A stretch of DNA of 64,000 nucleotides, from positions 1,408,001 to 1,472,000 of the forward strand of contig CAWDXG010000001.1 of NCBI GenBank assembly GCA_963806225.1, read 5' to 3'. The first letter of the stretch is position 1. Each line of letters starts with the position of its first letter. Made by a program: the position numbers and the translations under genes. The notes beneath the pieces are model-generated. The model was not told where the DNA came from. It saw nothing but the letters and a program-made list of their open reading frames with translations, and did not search any database. This DNA is from an uncultured delta proteobacterium (lineage in GTDB: Bacteria > Myxococcota_A > Polyangia > Polyangiales > Polyangiaceae). This document shows, piece by piece, positions 1 to 9,616 of this stretch.

Positions 1-116
1 GAAAACGCCGGTCCCGTTCTCCTTTGTACGCTCTGCCCTGCGGCAAGCGGGTGGGCCCTTTGTCGCCGCGTGGCCCTTTCGTCGGCGGCGTGTCTCGGCT
101 ACCGTCTCGCCGCGTA

Positions 117-926
117 ATGCAGACGCACGCCGAATCCGCCACCCTCGTCCGGAAGCTCCAACCCGGGACAGCCCGCCGCCGGTCGGCGTGGTGTGTACGG
201 CTCGTGGGCCTGTCCACATTGGCGCTCGGGATGGCTCTTCCGCTCACGGCGGACGCTGCCAAGGTGAAGGGAGCCGTGAAGAACTTCCGGCTTCTGGTCA
301 ACCCGGTCTGGGAAGAGGCCAAGAGCCCGAAGCAGCACGGCTACTCCTTCCGCGAGCCGGTGCCCACGGTACGCGCCGAGTTCCGCCGGTTGTTTCCCGA
401 CATCCCGAAGGAGCTGTGCATCGCCGCGCTCGCTTCGGAAAAGCAGAAGCCGGAAAAGCCCATCCTGATCCGTGTGGGGGGCGGGCGCACCACGCCGGTG
501 ACCATCGTCGTGCCGCCTGGCACCACGCTCCAGTTCAAGAACACCGACCCGTTCACGCACCGCCTGTATGGCGTGAAGATCTCCACGTTCCAGGCGAACG
601 ACACGGTCAAGGGCGGAACCCGTTCGTGGACGGTTCCGGGCAAGGGCACGTTCGAGATCCGTGACGAGCTGGCGCCCAGCCTGCGCATGTGGATCGTGGG
701 CGAACCCAACGTTGCAGCGATCGCCTATCCCTCGAAGAAGGGCGAGTTCCTGCTCACCCTCGGTGAGCCCGGCAACTACACCGTCCAGGCCTTCTTCTCC
801 GGCAAGAAGGTGGGCGACCCGAAGCAGGTCACGGTCGGCCAGAAGGACATGGACATCTCGCGCACTCCGATCAAGGTGGCCGCCTCGAAGAAGCAGACCA
901 AGGCGGCCGACAAGAAGGGCAAGTAG
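117..926 (+). CDS. Secreted hypothetical protein with cupredoxin-like / carboxypeptidase-regulatory-like beta domains
   Basis: Signal-peptide-like segment ending ADA-A. 'VVPPGTTLQFKNTDPFTHRLY' is cupredoxin-like, and 'GEFLL..PGNYTVQAF' is a beta-sandwich end. Start uncertain (ATG 117 chosen; the ORF is open from 24). Confidence 0.6.
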   Translation: MQTHAESATLVRKLQPGTARRRSAWCVRLVGLSTLALGMALPLTADAAKVKGAVKNFRLLVNPVWEEAKSPKQHGYSFREPVPTVRAEFRRLFPDIPKELCIAALASEKQKPEKPILIRVGGGRTTPVTIVVPPGTTLQFKNTDPFTHRLYGVKISTFQANDTVKGGTRSWTVPGKGTFEIRDELAPSLRMWIVGEPNVAAIAYPSKKGEFLLTLGEPGNYTVQAFFSGKKVGDPKQVTVGQKDMDISRTPIKVAASKKQTKAADKKGK

Positions 927-929
927 GAG

Positions 930-2555
930 ATGCTGCTATCCCGTTTCTGGTACGTGCTGCTCGCCCTGGTCCTGGGCGGCGCGATCTTCGTCCTGTTCCT
1001 GGCGACCAGCATGTACAACCGCGCGGGTGCCCGGAACATGGGGGAGGGGCTTTCGGCCGATAGCCAGGTCGTCTCCTGGTACCTGAAGAACGACGCCCGC
1101 TCGCGCTCCGCACAGCTCATCAAGTTCGCGCTCGATCCCGACGTTGCGAAGTACCTGGCCAAGGCCAGCGCCGACGAACAGAAGGTGCCGTCGGACGCCC
1201 GCGACAAGGTCCGGGCGGCGCTCAAGCGGGTGAGCGAGAAGATCCCGAAGGACGAGAACTTCGACGCCGTGTTCGCAGTCGACCAGAACGGCCGCGTGGT
1301 GGCGTTTCTCGGCTACGACCAGGCCAGCGGCATGGAGGACTTCGAGCTCGGAGGCTATCCGGTCGTGGCCGACGCACTGCACGGTTACATCCGCGACGAC
1401 ACACTGGTGCTCGATCGCCTCTACCGGGTGGTAGCCCGCCCGGTTGAGTTCGACCTCGGGCAGATGCCGGCAGGCGCGATCGTCGGCGCGCGCATTATCG
1501 ACGACCGTTTCGCGCGGGAGCTGTCCGCGCGTACCGGTGCTGCGGTGGCTTTCTACGCCAAGGGCCAGCGCGTGGCGTCCGGCGCTCCGGAGGGTTTCGA
1601 CAAGAGCCAGCTCGACCAGATCGTCGGGGACCTCGAACACCTCAAGACCGACAAGGACTACCAGGAGAAGGGCCGCAGCAACGTCCGCACCATCAGCGGG
1701 CTGCTCGGCGTGGTGTACGCGCGGCTGCCGGGTGAAGCGTGGCAGCTGGGTGCGGGCTACGCAGTCGGGCGTCTGCCGTACCACGTCGCCGGCCCGTTGG
1801 GCTTTTTCAACAAGGCGGACGACGTCGACAAGAAGAACGCCAACCTCCTGCTCGTGGCGCTGATCGCGCTGATCGGCGCGTTGCTCGGCATCCTGTTCAC
1901 GGTCTTCGAGCACACGCGGCCGCTGCACGTGTTCCGTACCGAAGCCAGCCGGCTTGCCAAGGGCGAGACCGACCAGATGCAGCCGAGCAAGTTCCGCGGC
2001 GTCTACCGCAAAATCGCGTCCGATCTGAACGACGGTATCGATCAGGTTGCGGCCAAGGGCGGCGTGCCGCGCCGCGCCGCGGATCTGAAGCAGGTGCTGG
2101 GTGATATTCCCGACCAACCGCAGATGAGCGCGTTCAGCTTTCCCGGTGACCCGGCGTCGTCGGGTCCGGAGAGCAGCCCGCAGCCCAGCCGTCCGCTTCC
2201 CTCGGCCCCGTTCCAGCCGTCGGCGCCCAGTCACCCCGCGGCGTCGACGCCCGGCGTGCCCGACGCGACCCAGGTCTCTCCCGGCACGCCTCCGCGCCGT
2301 CCGCCGCCGCCGAACCGCCCGGGCAAAGGAGCCGACAGCGAGGCCGACGAGTGGCGTCGCGTCTACGAGGAGTTCGTCGCGACGAAGCAGCAGTGCGGCG
2401 AGAACGTCGAGGGTTTCACGTACGAGAAATTCGAGCAGACCCTGAAGAAGAACCAGGCTGCGCTCGTCCAGCGACACGGCGCCAAGCGCGTGAAGTTCAG
2501 CGTCTACGTGAAGGAAGGCAAGGCCGCTCTGAAGGCGAGCCCGATCAAGGAATAG
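930..2555 (+). CDS. MXAN_5187-family membrane protein (TM, Cache-like region, TM, Pro-rich linker, conserved C-terminal domain)
   Basis: AGGAG RBS overlaps the upstream stop. Two hydrophobic segments. The C-terminus 'VYEEFVATKQQCGE...YEKF...VKFSVYVKEGKAALKASP' is typical of the MXAN_5187 C-terminal domain. Confidence 0.75.
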   Translation: MLLSRFWYVLLALVLGGAIFVLFLATSMYNRAGARNMGEGLSADSQVVSWYLKNDARSRSAQLIKFALDPDVAKYLAKASADEQKVPSDARDKVRAALKRVSEKIPKDENFDAVFAVDQNGRVVAFLGYDQASGMEDFELGGYPVVADALHGYIRDDTLVLDRLYRVVARPVEFDLGQMPAGAIVGARIIDDRFARELSARTGAAVAFYAKGQRVASGAPEGFDKSQLDQIVGDLEHLKTDKDYQEKGRSNVRTISGLLGVVYARLPGEAWQLGAGYAVGRLPYHVAGPLGFFNKADDVDKKNANLLLVALIALIGALLGILFTVFEHTRPLHVFRTEASRLAKGETDQMQPSKFRGVYRKIASDLNDGIDQVAAKGGVPRRAADLKQVLGDIPDQPQMSAFSFPGDPASSGPESSPQPSRPLPSAPFQPSAPSHPAASTPGVPDATQVSPGTPPRRPPPPNRPGKGADSEADEWRRVYEEFVATKQQCGENVEGFTYEKFEQTLKKNQAALVQRHGAKRVKFSVYVKEGKAALKASPIKE

Positions 2556-2698
2556 CCCGCTTCGGGGAATAGACTCCCACCTCCGGCGCTTCGGCCGGGC
2601 GAGAAACCGCGGCTTGTCCTGCCGCGTAACGATGGATCCACGCCCGGGCCCGGGCGGTACTTGGGCCCGAGCCGGCAATTTGCTAGGAACACCCCGCT

Positions 2699-3670
2699 AT
2701 GAGCGAACCCAGGCTTCACAAGGTTCTCATCATCGGTTCGGGCCCCGCGGGGCTCACCGCCTCCATCTACGCCGCACGCGCGAACCTCCAGCCGTTTCTG
2801 GTGGAGGGGTTCAACGCCGGCGGGCTGATCCCCGGCGGCCAGCTCATGTTCACGACCGAGGTCGAGAACTATCCGGGTTTCCCCACCGGCATTACCGGTC
2901 AGGAAATGATGATGAAGTTCCGCGAGCAGGCGGAGCGCTACGGCACCGAGATCGTCACCGCGGACGTGACCAAGGTCGATTTCTCCGAGCGGCCTTTCAA
3001 GGTCTGGGTGGGCGAGGACGAGGACATCCTGCACCTGGCGAAGACGGTGATCGTCTCCACCGGAGCGCGCGCCAACTACCTCGGACTCGAGAGCGAGGAG
3101 AAGCTCAAGAACAAGGGCGTCAGCGCCTGTGCCGTGTGCGATGGTGCGCTGTTCCGCGGCGAGGACGTGGTCGTTGTCGGCGGCGGTGACACGGCGATGG
3201 AGGAAGCGACGTATCTCGCGGGCCTCTGCAAGAGCGTCACGCTGATCCATCGTCGCGACGAGTTCCGCGCCTCCAAGGTCATGGAGGAGCGCGCACTGTC
3301 GAGCGACAAGATCACGGTGCTCCGGAGTCACGTCATCACCGAGGTGCTCGGCGTCGAGGAGGACAAGGTCACCGGCGTCCGCGTGAAGGATCTGAAGACG
3401 GACAAGGTGCGCGACATCAAGGCTGCCGCGATGTTCGCCGCCATCGGCCACACGCCGATGACGGACCTCTTCAAGGGCCAGCTCGAGACGCACGACAACG
3501 GCTACCTGAAGATCACCAAGCCGGGCACCACATACACCAGCGTGCCGGGCGTGTTCGCGGCCGGCGACGTGGCGGACTGGGTCTATCGCCAGGCCGTGAC
3601 GGCGGCGGGCACCGGTTGCATGGCCGCGCTCGACGCCGAGCGCTGGCTCGGCGCCAACGACGGCCACTGA
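2699..3670 (+). CDS. trxB: Thioredoxin-disulfide reductase
   Basis: Motifs GSGPAG, GGQL..TTEVENYPGF, CAVCDG redox pair, GGGDTAMEEA, YRQAVTAAGTG. Confidence 0.97.
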   Translation: MSEPRLHKVLIIGSGPAGLTASIYAARANLQPFLVEGFNAGGLIPGGQLMFTTEVENYPGFPTGITGQEMMMKFREQAERYGTEIVTADVTKVDFSERPFKVWVGEDEDILHLAKTVIVSTGARANYLGLESEEKLKNKGVSACAVCDGALFRGEDVVVVGGGDTAMEEATYLAGLCKSVTLIHRRDEFRASKVMEERALSSDKITVLRSHVITEVLGVEEDKVTGVRVKDLKTDKVRDIKAAAMFAAIGHTPMTDLFKGQLETHDNGYLKITKPGTTYTSVPGVFAAGDVADWVYRQAVTAAGTGCMAALDAERWLGANDGH

Positions 3671-3712
3671 TCGCGGCGTCGCTCCGCGCCCTGCCGTGCT
3701 AGACACACGGAC

Positions 3713-4637
3713 ATGAGCGCGGAGCCCCGCGAAGACCCGGTGGAGGAGCTGGTCGAGCTCGCCCAGGCCCTGCGCGCCCACGCCGAGTGGCAGGCCTCCA
3801 CCGGCGCCACGGGGCTCGAGCGGGCTAGCGCGGAGCTCAGGGCGGAGCGGGAAGCCGCAGCCCCCGCGGAGCCCGCACCTCGCGCAGAGGCTCCCGCGTC
3901 GGCGCCTCGGCGCCGAGAGGCGGGCTCTCTGCCGTCCCCATCGGCTGCTGTCGCCGAGCGGCCGCCGCCGGCGGAGCCTACCCGGCGGGTGGCGGAGCCG
4001 GCTCCAGCGCCGGCGTCCGGTCCGTCGGCGGGACAGGCCGCGTCGGCGGTTCCCGACGAGCAACGGGCAAAGCGCCTCGAGCTCCTGGCGACGGAGGTGT
4101 CGGGGTGCACGCGCTGCCCGCTGCACGAGGCCCGCACCCAGACGGTCTTCTCGCGCGGTACATCCAGTTCGGGGCTGTGCTTCATCGGCGAAGGGCCGGG
4201 AGCGGACGAGGACGCACAGGGCTATCCGTTCGTCGGCAAGGCGGGGCAGCTGCTCGACAGGATGATCGCCGCGATGGGCTTCGAACGCGACGAGGTCTAC
4301 GTCTGCAACATCGTCAAGTGCCGCCCGCCCGAAAACCGCAAGCCGACTCCCGAGGAGATGGCCGCCTGCATGCCCTATCTCGAAAAGCAGCTGGAGCTGG
4401 TCGAGCCCAGCGTGATCGTGGCGATGGGCGCGACGGCCGTGCAGGGGCTGCTGGGCACGACGGGCGGCATCACCCGGATGCGTGGAAAGTGGCGGCTGTA
4501 CAAGGGCAGGATCGCCGTGATGCCGACGTTCCACCCGGCGTACCTCCTGCGCACGCCGCGAGCCAAACGCGACGTTCTGGGAGGATCTGCAGGCGGTGCT
4601 CCGGCAGATGGGCCACCCTATCCCATCGCGGAGCTGA
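3713..4637 (+). CDS. Uracil-DNA glycosylase family 4 ([4Fe-4S]), with an apparent +1 frameshift near 4575
   Basis: Motifs CTRCPL, IGEGPG, PFVGKAG, NIVKCRPPENR, TFHPAYLLR. Removing one T at 4575-4576 restores the canonical 'KRDVWEDLQAV' end, with TGA at 4635-4637. Confidence 0.9.
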
Positions 4638-5117
4638 TGGCAGGCATCGCCGACCGCGCTGACGGACGGACTCTGGGCCGCGTGACGCGGGGCGTGTTGA
4701 TCTTCATCGGAGTCTCGCCGTTCATTCCGCATCTGGTCGAGGGCGTTCCGGTGCTCGGTTCCATCGGTGCGGCGCTCGACGCCTGGTTCTCGTTCCAGTG
4801 CCAGCGCGATCCGGCGCGCACGCTCCACTTCCTGGGGCGCCTCTTGCCGGTGTGCGCGCGCTGTCTGGGCATCTACCTCGGGCTCGGGCTGGGCGCCGTG
4901 CTGCTCAGGCCACGGCTGGGCGTGTGGCCGCTGCGCATCTGGGTGGGCGTAGCAGCGCTGGTGATGCTGCTCGACGTTCTGGACCGAAGCGCTCGGCATG
5001 CGCCCGCCTTCGGCGTCGCTCAGGCTGTTCACGGGCCTGCTCTTGTCCTACCCCGTGGGCGCAGCACTGGTATGGAGTGCGCGCGAGCTCTGGCCCGCGC
5101 GCGGCGAGCGCGGGTAG
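4637..5117 (+). CDS. DUF2085-like membrane protein, with an apparent +1 frameshift near 4977
   Basis: ATG overlaps the UDG stop (TGATG). 'QCQRDPART...PVCARCLGIYLG' motif. Removing one T gives a hydrophobic C-terminus 'LRLFTGLLLSYPVG' ending at TAG 5115-5117. Confidence 0.75.
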
Positions 5118-5121
5118 GCGT

Positions 5122-6885
5122 CTAGAAACCGAACGTGTAGCCGAGCGAGGGCTCGAAGACCTGGCCCGAGGTCGGCAGCATGAACATGATGTTGACGTTC
5201 AGCTGCAGCCCGCTGTTCTTCGTGAAGGCGTACATCGCGCCGCCGCCGACCGAGATGAAGCCCTGTCCAAGCTTCTTGTAGGCGTCGAGCTGGAGCGTCT
5301 TGCGGGGAGGCGTGGTCTGCTTTCCCTGGGCGCAGGCGGCGTAGTCGTTCGTGCTGCGAACCGTCTGGTCGTTGGGCGAGGCCCCGTTGGCGCAATCGGC
5401 GATCGTCACTGGGAGCTTCGCGTCGACCTGCGCCAGCCCGCCGCCCACCTTCACGTACGGGCGGATCCCCTTCTTGCCCAGGACGTCGTGGCCGAACCAG
5501 TACTCCGCCTGGACCTCGCCGTGCAGCGGCAGGAAGGAGGCATTGCCGGCTTTGGGTCCGCCACCGAAGGCGTAGCCGGCCCTCACGCCGATCATGATGT
5601 TCCCCGTGATGGCGCGGTCGTACGAGACCAGGATGCGCGTCGTGGCGATCGCCAGGCCGGTCGCGATGCGGTCGCCCGCTCCGGGCTGGGGATCGAAGCC
5701 GTACTGATCGGAAGTGTTGCTGTAGAAGCAGGCGAAGCCGTTGTTGGCCTGGCTATTCTGCGAGCAGACATCCGTCCCGCCCATCAGCGCGACGTCCTGC
5801 GCCACGTGGACGCCGATCCAGTTCTTCTTGTACGGACCCGCCGGGCCGCCGCCGCTTTCGCCCATCTGGCACTTGCCGCTCACGCACTTGCCCTGGGCGC
5901 AGTCGGCGTCGATGTCACAGGAGGGCGCGCTCTCGCAGCTGCCGTTGAGGCACACCAGGCCTTCCTTGCACTCCGCGCTCTCTTCGCAGGTGTCGCCCCA
6001 GCCGCGCGTGCCGTGCGATGCGCCGCCGCCGCCCGACTTGCAGCCCGGCAGACCGGGCGGGCATTCGACCTCTTCAGCGCAGCGGTCCGGGGGATCGCGA
6101 TCGGGGAAGGACGGCGGCTCCGCGTCGGTCTTCGGCACGATCTTGAACTCTGCGGGCTTGCTCTTGCTGCCCCACTGGTCGACCGTGTCGCCGGAGGAGT
6201 CCTTGGCGCGCACGTACACGCGCAGAGGGCCTGCAAGCTTCGTCGCCGAGCACGGCACCGTGCCCTGGAAGAACTTGCCGTGCTTGTGCATGTGCACGGT
6301 CTTCCAGTGGTCCCCGCCGAATTCCTTGTAGCGGACCTCGGCCTTCACGGCGTCTTCGTCCGTCGTGCAGCTGACCGGAATGGGACGACGCGTCTGCACC
6401 TCGCCCACCTCCGGCGTGCACTGCATCTCGCCGGGAAGATTCTCGTTGAACGGCTTCTTCCCTCCACCACCGAGGTTCACGGCGGTTCCGCCGCCGCCGC
6501 CGGCCGCCGCCTGCGCGTCTGCGAACGTCTTCTTCGTGTCGGCGGTGGCCAGGGCCGCGTCGAGCTGGACGCCGTTGTCGGTCGCGAACGCCTTGTCGAA
6601 TGCCTCGCGCGCGCCGGATTGGTCCTGCTTGCCGCTCCCCCGCACGATGCCGACATACATCCACGCCTTGGCGATCACCGCCGGACTGCAGTCGTGACCG
6701 CAGGCGCGGATGGTCCCGGTGAGGATGCCCTCGGCCTTGTCGAATTTCGTGACCAGGTAATACTGGTTGATCGCCTTGTCGATCTCCTTCTTCGCCGCGT
6801 TGTCTTTCGGCGCGGCGCTCGCGAGCGAGGAAAACAGGAGGACGAAGGCAAGACTGAGGAGGATGGGGAGCGGTCGGCGATACAC
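5122..6885 (-). CDS. Secreted / outer-membrane protein: TPR-like helices, Ig-like domain, Cys-rich segment, probable C-terminal beta-barrel
   Basis: GGAGG RBS before GTG 6885, then a signal peptide ending ASA-A. Cys-rich 'GDTCEESAECKEGLVC' segment. Amphipathic strands end 'EPSLGYTFGF' with a terminal Phe. Confidence 0.75.
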   Translation of the reverse strand: MYRRPLPILLSLAFVLLFSSLASAAPKDNAAKKEIDKAINQYYLVTKFDKAEGILTGTIRACGHDCSPAVIAKAWMYVGIVRGSGKQDQSGAREAFDKAFATDNGVQLDAALATADTKKTFADAQAAAGGGGGTAVNLGGGGKKPFNENLPGEMQCTPEVGEVQTRRPIPVSCTTDEDAVKAEVRYKEFGGDHWKTVHMHKHGKFFQGTVPCSATKLAGPLRVYVRAKDSSGDTVDQWGSKSKPAEFKIVPKTDAEPPSFPDRDPPDRCAEEVECPPGLPGCKSGGGGASHGTRGWGDTCEESAECKEGLVCLNGSCESAPSCDIDADCAQGKCVSGKCQMGESGGGPAGPYKKNWIGVHVAQDVALMGGTDVCSQNSQANNGFACFYSNTSDQYGFDPQPGAGDRIATGLAIATTRILVSYDRAITGNIMIGVRAGYAFGGGPKAGNASFLPLHGEVQAEYWFGHDVLGKKGIRPYVKVGGGLAQVDAKLPVTIADCANGASPNDQTVRSTNDYAACAQGKQTTPPRKTLQLDAYKKLGQGFISVGGGAMYAFTKNSGLQLNVNIMFMLPTSGQVFEPSLGYTFGF

Positions 6886-6946
6886 TGATGGTCCTCCGGC
6901 GGGGGAGAGTCGCATTCGAGCTTGGTCGGGGTCGGGTCCTGGAGAG

Positions 6947-6974
6947 GAAAACCCCGCCCGCGATCGAGCGGGGG
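6947..6974 (-). terminator. Probable intrinsic terminator after the OmpA gene
   Basis: On the minus strand: CCCCGCTCG-ATCG-CGGGCGGGG stem (one G-U pair) followed by TTTT. Confidence 0.55.
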
Positions 6975-7001
6975 TCTGGGGGTCATCCCGGCCCGCGTCG
7001 T

Positions 7002-8153
7002 CTACCTGGACGACGTGGGGGGACAGCCTTTCTTGACGCCTTCGGTGCGGATGAACTGCACGCGGCGGTTGAGAGCGCGGTGCTGTGGCGTGTCGTTCGG
7101 TACCAGCGGACGGTCGAAGCCGAAGCCCTTCGAAGTGAGCCGCTCATGCGAAATGCCGTGCTCGACGAGGTAGGTCATCACGGAACCGGCTCGCCGGTTG
7201 CTGAGCTTCTTGTTGTACCTGGCGCTGCCGCGGTTGTCGGTGTGACCCTGGACCTCGATCTTGATGTCCGGGTTCTTGTTCATCACGTCCACGACCGCAT
7301 CCAGCACCGGGTAGCTCTCGCGCCGGATCTTCGCCTTGTTGAAGGCGAAGTGGATCTGCTGCGTGATCTTGATCTCGCAGTTGGTGACCACCACGAGTGC
7401 CGGCTTGACCGGACATCCCAGCGGCTGCTTCGTCGACGAGCCGGGTGTGTTCGGGCACTGGTCCTTCAGGTCCGGAACGCCGTCCTTGTCGTTGTCCGGA
7501 TCCGGGCAGCCGTCGTCATCCTCGTAGCCATCGGGATCTTCCGGCTTGTTCGGGCACTTGTCCGTCTTGTCCGGGATGCCGTCGAGATCGTTGTCGACGT
7601 CCGGGCAGCCATCGTTGTCGAGATAGCCGTCCTTGTCCTCCGGCTCCAGGATGCACTGGTCGGTGGAGTCGGGGATGCCGTCGCCGTCGGTGTCCGGATC
7701 ATCCGGGCAGCCGTCGTCGTCCTGGTAGCCGTTGAAGTTCTCGGGCTCGTCGGGGCACTTGTCGTTCGGGTCGAGGTATCCGTCACCGTCCCGATCGCCC
7801 GGAGCCGGCTTGGGCTTGGGCTTGGGCGCCTCGACGAAGCCGCGCTCGGCGCAGACTTCCGGGGGCGAGAGGAAGTACGCCGCATGCGCGTTCGGGTCGG
7901 CGATCCACAGGTGCCTCTCCGCCTTGGAGACGAAACCCTGGTCGAGCTCGAGCGTCGCGAATTCCAGGTGGCTCTGCGCCAGCGCTAGCTCGCGCGGAGC
8001 GCAGCGGATGGCGCCATTGCGCTCCGCCTGCTTGGTGAGCTTCTCGAGGCCCGCGATCTTGCCGCGCAACCGCGGCGCCTTCGCGCACGCGCTGCCCAGC
8101 GCGATCAACACCACGGTGAAGATCGTCAGGCGTCGGTAGAGCCTGCCCATCAT
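7002..8153 (-). CDS. OmpA-family lipoprotein with thrombospondin type-3 (TSP3) Ca-binding repeats and a helical N-terminal domain
   Basis: Lipobox-like LGSAC. Repeated DxDGDG...DxCP motifs. C-terminal OmpA motifs 'IEVQGHTD...YNKKLSNRRA...NRRVQF'. Start coupled to the upstream stop (ATGA). Confidence 0.92.
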   Translation of the reverse strand: MMGRLYRRLTIFTVVLIALGSACAKAPRLRGKIAGLEKLTKQAERNGAIRCAPRELALAQSHLEFATLELDQGFVSKAERHLWIADPNAHAAYFLSPPEVCAERGFVEAPKPKPKPAPGDRDGDGYLDPNDKCPDEPENFNGYQDDDGCPDDPDTDGDGIPDSTDQCILEPEDKDGYLDNDGCPDVDNDLDGIPDKTDKCPNKPEDPDGYEDDDGCPDPDNDKDGVPDLKDQCPNTPGSSTKQPLGCPVKPALVVVTNCEIKITQQIHFAFNKAKIRRESYPVLDAVVDVMNKNPDIKIEVQGHTDNRGSARYNKKLSNRRAGSVMTYLVEHGISHERLTSKGFGFDRPLVPNDTPQHRALNRRVQFIRTEGVKKGCPPTSSR

Positions 8154-8509
8154 CGACCTGCTCCCCGGTGGGCCTGGCGCGCGAGCTTGATCGCCTTGAC
8201 GGCGTACTCCTCGCTGGCCTCCGCGAGGTTGGTCGCGTCGCCGTAGTCGGCTTCCGCGGCTTCCTGCTCCGCTTTGATGAGGTGCGCGCGCGCGTAGTAG
8301 TACTCGTACGGCGCGTACTGCTCGGCCCCAAGCTCCTTCGCTTCCTCGACTCTGCTGGAAGCGGAGTTTGCCTGGATAGCGTACAGCGTGTTGCCGCACC
8401 CGACTGCGCCGAGCATCAGCCCGGCCAGCCCGAACACCGCCCAGATTGGAACCGCTTGGCGGCTTGCATGGCTCGTCTTCAAGTGACGCTCGCTCCTACG
8501 ACAGCCCAT
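8150..8509 (-). CDS. DUF4398-like lipoprotein
   Basis: Lipobox AVGC, then 'AKELGAEQYAPYEY..ARAHLIKA'. It lies in the usual position upstream of an OmpA gene. The true start is probably downstream of 8509. Confidence 0.8.
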   Translation of the reverse strand: MGCRRSERHLKTSHASRQAVPIWAVFGLAGLMLGAVGCGNTLYAIQANSASSRVEEAKELGAEQYAPYEYYYARAHLIKAEQEAAEADYGDATNLAEASEEYAVKAIKLARQAHRGAGR

Positions 8510-8547
8510 CCGTTGACCCCGGCTCGCAGGCCAATTTTCCGCTCAGG

Positions 8548-8577
8548 ACGCTAGCAACGCGGAGAAGACCGCGTCAA
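8548..8577 (-). promoter_or_regulatory. Possible sigma70-type promoter for the DUF4398/OmpA operon
   Basis: Minus strand TTGACG-N18-TAGCGT upstream of the DUF4398 gene. Confidence 0.4.
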
Positions 8578-8771
8578 CAGCCCACGTGCGGGATGGCGGC
8601 GGAATCGGTCATTATTTCCGGTCGGGTCAGGCCGACCCGATGCCTGACGCACCGCGCAGTCGGACTCCAGCCTCCGGGTCCGCGGTCCGGGCGGGCTCCG
8701 GGGATCGCTTTCGCCGGTCGGCAGGCCGCACAGGACCGGCTGCTCGACGACAGCAGCGCCAAGCGGGCGAG

Positions 8772-9410
8772 TCAGATGCGGCGGTACACGCCGACGACCT
8801 TGCCGAGCAGCATCGTGGACCGGAAGTCCGTGGCCCGGACCAGGATCGGCGCCATCTCCGAGTTGGCCGGTTGGAATCGGACGTAGTCCTTCTCGGGGTA
8901 GTAGTACTTGACGGTCGCCTCGTCGCCGATGAGCGCCACGACGATTTCCCCGCGTTCAGCGGTCGACTGCTTCTTCACGAAGATGTAGTCGCCGTTGAGG
9001 ATCCCTGCTTCGATCATCGAGTCGCCCTGCACACGCAGCCCGAACACGTCCTGGCCGCCGCGGACCAGCATGCGGTCGATACGAACGGTATCGATGATGT
9101 TCTCTTCCGCCAGTAGCGGAGCACCCGCGGCCACCCGGCCGAGCACCTGCACGTCGACCAGGTCGTCGTTGTTCGGCGCAGCGGGCTTGGACACCGCAGC
9201 CTCGACCAGCTTGAGCGCCCGGCTCTTCATGTCTTCGCGGCGGAGGTAGCCCTTGCGTTCCAGCGCGCGGAGGTGATCGTTGACCCCGTTCGTTGAACGG
9301 ATGCCCATGTGTTCGCCGATTTCCCGGAGAGTCGGCGGATAGCCGCGCTCTTCGATGGACTGGCGGATGAACCCCAACGTCTGCGCCTGGCGCTTCGTAA
9401 GACCCTGCAT
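8772..9410 (-). CDS. lexA: SOS repressor LexA
   Basis: N-terminal HTH '[10 protein letters not shown]...[11 protein letters not shown]'. Cleavage site VAAG. Catalytic GDSM and ATVK motifs. Confidence 0.97.
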   Translation of the reverse strand: MQGLTKRQAQTLGFIRQSIEERGYPPTLREIGEHMGIRSTNGVNDHLRALERKGYLRREDMKSRALKLVEAAVSKPAAPNNDDLVDVQVLGRVAAGAPLLAEENIIDTVRIDRMLVRGGQDVFGLRVQGDSMIEAGILNGDYIFVKKQSTAERGEIVVALIGDEATVKYYYPEKDYVRFQPANSEMAPILVRATDFRSTMLLGKVVGVYRRI

Positions 9411-9412
9411 GG

Positions 9413-9448
9413 CCGTTCAAGGATACTGAACGGGTGTAGGCCCGTCAA
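9413..9448 (-). promoter_or_regulatory. lexA promoter with overlapping palindromic candidate operator
   Basis: Minus strand TTGACG(9448-9443)-N17-TATCCT(9425-9420). A perfect inverted repeat CCGTTCA-N7-TGAACGG at 9413-9433 straddles the -10 element. Confidence 0.7.
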
Positions 9449-9616
9449 ATTCCCTGTGCACCTTTTGTGGATAGCCGGATTAGCCGGTGATCCCGGGTGG
9501 TTGCAGCGCGAGATCTCGGGCCGTGGATGCGAATCCAGCGTCCGGGCGCGCACAGATCCTGCACGCGCGCCCTCTGGACGCCGATCCAGACAGCGCCCCG
9601 AGCCTGGAGGTGCGGT

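Noticed and set aside
3713..5125. UDG-DUF2085 fusion protein
   Set aside because: A single extra base hides the canonical UDG C-terminus and its TGATG junction.
7002..8153. TraB kin-recognition homolog (TSP3 + OmpA)
   Set aside because: It lacks an N-terminal beta-barrel, has a lipobox and helical domain instead, and has no TraA-like gene upstream.
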